Source: a virus (Duplodnaviria > Caudoviricetes). From it: DNA of 40,600 bases. The position numbers and the translations under genes were made by a program. Of this stretch, positions 37,195 through 40,600 are shown in pieces (the first letter of the stretch is position 1; the number at the start of each line of letters is the position of its first letter). The notes below the pieces were generated by a model. That model saw only the letters and a list, made by a program, of their open reading frames with translations. It ran no database searches and was not told the DNA's origin. The stretch is taken from the IMG/VR virus record IMGVR_UViG_3300032253_000233, positions 1 to 40,600 of that record; one strand, written 5' to 3'.

Positions 37195-38031
37195 ATGAGT
37201 ATTATTAAAGGCAAACATTCAAGCAAATATGGAACTACTATTTTATTTAACGATGAAGAAATTACAATTGCTAGAGGCCAGACATGGGGATACAGAGGCA
37301 GTGGACCAAGAGAACTAGCACACACCATTTTGTTGGCAGCCACTAATGACATAAATATTGCTCAAAAGCTACATTACAAATACTTTGAAAAGGTTACCAG
37401 CCATTTTCCTAAAGATAAAGAGTGGAGTCTCTCTATAGAGGAGGTCTTAGAATGGATTAAAATAAATAAAGACCAAAAAATATTTAAAGGAAGAAGGCAT
37501 CTCCTAAATAATGGAACAACTATAACCATAGATGGGGTTGACCTTCAAATACCGTCTGATTATCCAGGCGTGGGAACTATGCACACCAATGATCTTAATT
37601 ATGGGTATAACGGTCAAGGGCCCAGAGAATTAGCTATTGCTATATTATCCCATGTTCTTGATGATTATGATAGAGTTGAAGCGCTTTATAAAGATTTTGG
37701 TAGAGAAATCACACAAACCCTCCCAGACAAATGGGAACTATCTGAAGATGAAGTTTTAGATTGGGTTAATGATCGTGAAGGGGTCATACAATTGTTTTCT
37801 GCTGAAGACAATATAGTAAAAACAACATGTAAAGAGCTTGGTATAACACAGAAAGAATTAGCTGAACAAATTGGTGCAGCAGAACAGACTGTAAGAGGTT
37901 GGAGTTCAGGTAAAGACTTACCTCAATGGGCAGTGAAATCTTTTGAAATGCTTATTAAGATACACGAGCAAAATGAGCTTGTAGAAACAGTAACAAAACT
38001 TCATAAAATACTATCTAAGAGAAATAAATAA
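37195..38031 (+). CDS. Tandem DUF6166-like domains fused to C-terminal XRE HTH
   Basis: Two copies of '(W/Y)GY.G.GPRELA..IL...W.LS..EVL.W', then 'LGITQKELAEQIG'. Confidence 0.75.
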   Translation: MSIIKGKHSSKYGTTILFNDEEITIARGQTWGYRGSGPRELAHTILLAATNDINIAQKLHYKYFEKVTSHFPKDKEWSLSIEEVLEWIKINKDQKIFKGRRHLLNNGTTITIDGVDLQIPSDYPGVGTMHTNDLNYGYNGQGPRELAIAILSHVLDDYDRVEALYKDFGREITQTLPDKWELSEDEVLDWVNDREGVIQLFSAEDNIVKTTCKELGITQKELAEQIGAAEQTVRGWSSGKDLPQWAVKSFEMLIKIHEQNELVETVTKLHKILSKRNK

Positions 38032-38064
38032 CAAGAAATTAATATCTTAAATATACATAAAGTA

Positions 38065-38113
38065 TTGACAAACATTTCTTTTTGATATACAATTCTTTCT
38101 AGATTATATCTAG
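38065..38113 (+). promoter_or_regulatory. Antirepressor promoter and palindrome
   Basis: TTGACA(38065-38070)-17 bp-TACAAT(38088-38093); CTAGAT-TAT-ATCTAG at 38099-38113. Confidence 0.65.
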
Positions 38114-38123
38114 GAGATACATA

Positions 38124-38912
38124 GTGAGCAGTTTAATCCCTTTTGAATTTAACGGTCAAAAAGTTAGAGTTGTTGTTGATGAAACAACCGATCAAGAATA
38201 TTTTGTAGCAAAAGATGTAGCCTTACTTCTTGGATATAAAAATACTACAAAAGCAGTTAGAGACCATTGCAAAAAGCCAATTACAGTAGGGGGGAACGAT
38301 TCGTTCTCCCTTAACGCTAAAGGGGGTAACGAATCGTTCCCCCTTGATTTAGACCCACAAACAAGACTTATTCCCGAATCAGACCTGTGGAGACTTATTA
38401 TAAAGTCAACTCTACCTGAAGCTGAAAAGATAGAAGAGTGGGTTATGGAAGAAGTCTTACCTCAAATAAGAAAAACAGGAAGTTTTTCAGTTCATCAAGA
38501 AAAACCTCAGGACCCAGACCTCTCCACATTAATGATGAAGATGCTTGAAAACCAATCTCGTCAGACAGATGCTCTTCTTGACTTGACAGGTTCCGTAATC
38601 AAGATGATGGAATACTCCGTGCGAACTGACAATCAAACACCTATGGAAACTATAATTGAGTATGATCCAAAGATAAGCCGTGATGAGAAGATGAACATAC
38701 GAGCATCCATAGAGAGCAAATCAAAAGAACTGGCTGATGAACTCGGACTCACTAAAAAGTCTATCACTCCAGGAATGTGGGTGGAATTCAAGAACTACTT
38801 TGATGTGAGCGACTACGGTGATTTGTGTAAATTTCAGTATGGACCAGCGCTTAACTGGATCATGATGTATGAGCCTCGTAAAAAACCAATACTTGATGAA
38901 ATCAAGTGGTAA
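38124..38912 (+). CDS. BRO-N family antirepressor (ORF6C-like C-terminus)
   Basis: 'F.F....VR', 'FVAKDVA.LLGY', 'I.ESD..RLI..S.LP.A', 'WV.EEVLP.IRKTG'. Confidence 0.92.
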   Translation: MSSLIPFEFNGQKVRVVVDETTDQEYFVAKDVALLLGYKNTTKAVRDHCKKPITVGGNDSFSLNAKGGNESFPLDLDPQTRLIPESDLWRLIIKSTLPEAEKIEEWVMEEVLPQIRKTGSFSVHQEKPQDPDLSTLMMKMLENQSRQTDALLDLTGSVIKMMEYSVRTDNQTPMETIIEYDPKISRDEKMNIRASIESKSKELADELGLTKKSITPGMWVEFKNYFDVSDYGDLCKFQYGPALNWIMMYEPRKKPILDEIKW

Positions 38913-38922
38913 TGGGGATGTT

Positions 38923-39129
38923 ATGTTGATACAAATAACAGAAGCGGAACTACAAGCCGTACAAATAGCCCTTTATAAAGTACATTCTATAGGTGTTATT
39001 TTGGAACATATTGGATTTGAAGAAACTGATGTCTATAAAAACCGCTACTCAAGTATTGTAGGAAATCTTTCCGAACTTTTAGTAGAAAACACTGAAAGAG
39101 CGCTTGATATTATAAATGAGGTGTTGTGA
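38923..39129 (+). CDS. Hypothetical protein
   Basis: GGGGA RBS before ATG 38923. Confidence 0.55.
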   Translation: MLIQITEAELQAVQIALYKVHSIGVILEHIGFEETDVYKNRYSSIVGNLSELLVENTERALDIINEVL

Positions 39130-39218
39130 ATAATAAGAAGCCTTCGGACACAACCTTATATGTTTACTTATGAGTTAGAGATAGTGAAATAAGTAAAATA
39201 ATCTAAAAAGGAGACCCC

Positions 39219-39437
39219 ATGAATAGAGTTCAGACCATACAAAAACTCGCCGAAGATGTCGGCATAGACCCATCCTCTATTCAAGCAATGCTTAAAAATG
39301 GGGAACTCACAAAATATAGAAAGCCCGGACTAAAAAGAGTCTTTGTTGATCCGGATGAGTTTTATTCAAGAGTCGAAAAAGATTCTGATGACAACGTTAG
39401 TATTGACTTTGATATGGAACATTTTAAAGTCTCTTAA
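39219..39437 (+). CDS. xis: Excisionase-like winged HTH protein
   Basis: Small HTH 'TIQKLAEDVGID...G.L...RVFVD' directly before the integrase; AAGGAG RBS. Confidence 0.7.
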   Translation: MNRVQTIQKLAEDVGIDPSSIQAMLKNGELTKYRKPGLKRVFVDPDEFYSRVEKDSDDNVSIDFDMEHFKVS

Positions 39438-39547
39438 CCCTCCCCCTCTTCTTAAAAAATCCCCCTATTAAAAAATCACTTAAATTAAAAGGTGCTATTA
39501 TGTCAACGCATAGTAAGACTGTTACTCCAAAAAGGAGTAGTAAAAAA

Positions 39548-40600
39548 ATGACTTCATATTATATTAGAGGCAAGACAATTTGGCTGAGTTACTATGTTGA
39601 AGGACAGCGATTTCTAAAGTCGACAAAGCTAAAAAACACACCTCAGAATATAAAACTTGTTACAAACCATATTATTCCAAAGATAGATATGGATATAGCA
39701 ACAGGTGAAATATACAAAAAAAAACTTAAGACCTTTGAGTATTATGGCCGTATATTTTTAGAACATAAGGATGATAATAAAACCTATCATCTAAAAGTAG
39801 CGTATTGGAAAAGGGCCATTGAGCACTTCAAGGGTCAAGATATTGATTCCATAACACGCTTAGACGTTAAACAGTACCTAAACTCGCTAGACATGCTCTC
39901 TAAGTCTAAAGGAGCATATAAAAGTTGTATAAAAGAGATCTTTGAATTTGCAGTTGATGATGGAGTGATTAGTTTCAACCCTGCAGTTGGTATAAAACTC
40001 AAGCAAGACGTTCGTAAAGATGTTCAGCATTTTACACGAGATGAAGTTGCCAAGATCATGGAAGTCGCTACCGGTGTGATGAGACCTTATCTTATGATCG
40101 CATTTAACACAGGCATGAGGGTAAGTGAAATACTTGGTCTGCAGCTTGGTGATTTTCAAGATGACGGATATATTCATATCAAACGTACCAGGACAAAAGG
40201 GATGCTAGGATCTGGAAAGACTAACAACTCCATACGAAATGTTCCTTATCCTTCTTTTCTCCTGGAGGAAGTTAAAAAGTTTCAAGATCCAAAGCAACTG
40301 TTCATATTTGGAGATATAGATGATGCTCTAAAATTAAGATATCTTTGGCTTAATATCTTGAAAGACAGTGGTGTCAGAAAGTTTAAAATGTATTGTACAC
40401 GTCATACGTTTGCAACACTGATGCTAAAAGAAAACATTGTAAGTATAAATGAGCTAGCCGGTCTTCTCGGTCATTCGAGCCCGAAGATCACGCTTGAGCA
40501 TTATGCAAGTATTATCAATGTAAAGAATATAGATTTAGGAAATAATTTTTCACTTTTCAGCTACAATCCAGCTACAGTTGAAAAAGAAAATATAAATTAG
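39548..40600 (+). CDS. int: Tyrosine integrase
   Basis: 'TGMR.SE..GL', 'KT', 'Y.TRHTFAT', 'LLGH', 'HYA'. AAGGAG RBS before ATG 39548. Confidence 0.96.
   Translation: MTSYYIRGKTIWLSYYVEGQRFLKSTKLKNTPQNIKLVTNHIIPKIDMDIATGEIYKKKLKTFEYYGRIFLEHKDDNKTYHLKVAYWKRAIEHFKGQDIDSITRLDVKQYLNSLDMLSKSKGAYKSCIKEIFEFAVDDGVISFNPAVGIKLKQDVRKDVQHFTRDEVAKIMEVATGVMRPYLMIAFNTGMRVSEILGLQLGDFQDDGYIHIKRTRTKGMLGSGKTNNSIRNVPYPSFLLEEVKKFQDPKQLFIFGDIDDALKLRYLWLNILKDSGVRKFKMYCTRHTFATLMLKENIVSINELAGLLGHSSPKITLEHYASIINVKNIDLGNNFSLFSYNPATVEKENIN

Larger units (their letters stand above)
1..40600. mobile_element. Temperate lambdoid-type siphovirus prophage, near complete
   Basis: Ordered modules for integration, immunity, replication, packaging, head, non-contractile tail (no sheath gene) and lysis. 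The window starts and ends on stop codons, so att sites lie outside. Confidence 0.95.

Noticed and set aside
37284-37294. ATGGGGATACA as antisense target of the tRNA-like loop
   Set aside because: Only 9 contiguous matches, within a conserved coding motif (WGY); compatible with chance.
38294-38306. GAAC-N5-GTTC as an SOS box
   Set aside because: The spacing differs from GAAC-N4-GTTC and the site is intragenic.

Overview
The whole window is a near-complete, low-GC temperate cos-type siphophage (prophage). It runs from a tyrosine integrase at the right edge to tail and lysis genes at the left edge. No att sites or host flanks are visible. AAGGA-type RBSs and the style of the integrase and HTH proteins suggest a Campylobacterota host (inference). 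Minus strand, from a promoter at ~27770: CII-like regulator, split DnaB helicase, replication initiator, lambda-like cos site, terminase, HicAB, portal, protease-capsid fusion, tail tube, frameshifted tail chaperone, tape measure, fibres, lysis cassette and a large Ig/propeller protein. Plus strand, from a promoter at ~31200: Cro-like protein, DUF2303 pair, a tRNA-like RNA with an abnormal anticodon loop, exonuclease, secreted nuclease, BRO antirepressor, Xis and Int. The most striking observation is in the immunity region. The CI-like repressor has no autoprotease domain and instead carries an N/Q/G-rich motif (GxxNNQxGxxI/L). The same motif begins each of two paralogous membrane proteins encoded immediately downstream, an arrangement resembling amyloid-type (RHIM/BASS-like) homotypic signalling wired to a phage repressor. 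Family assignments are from motif recognition by eye; no searches were run.
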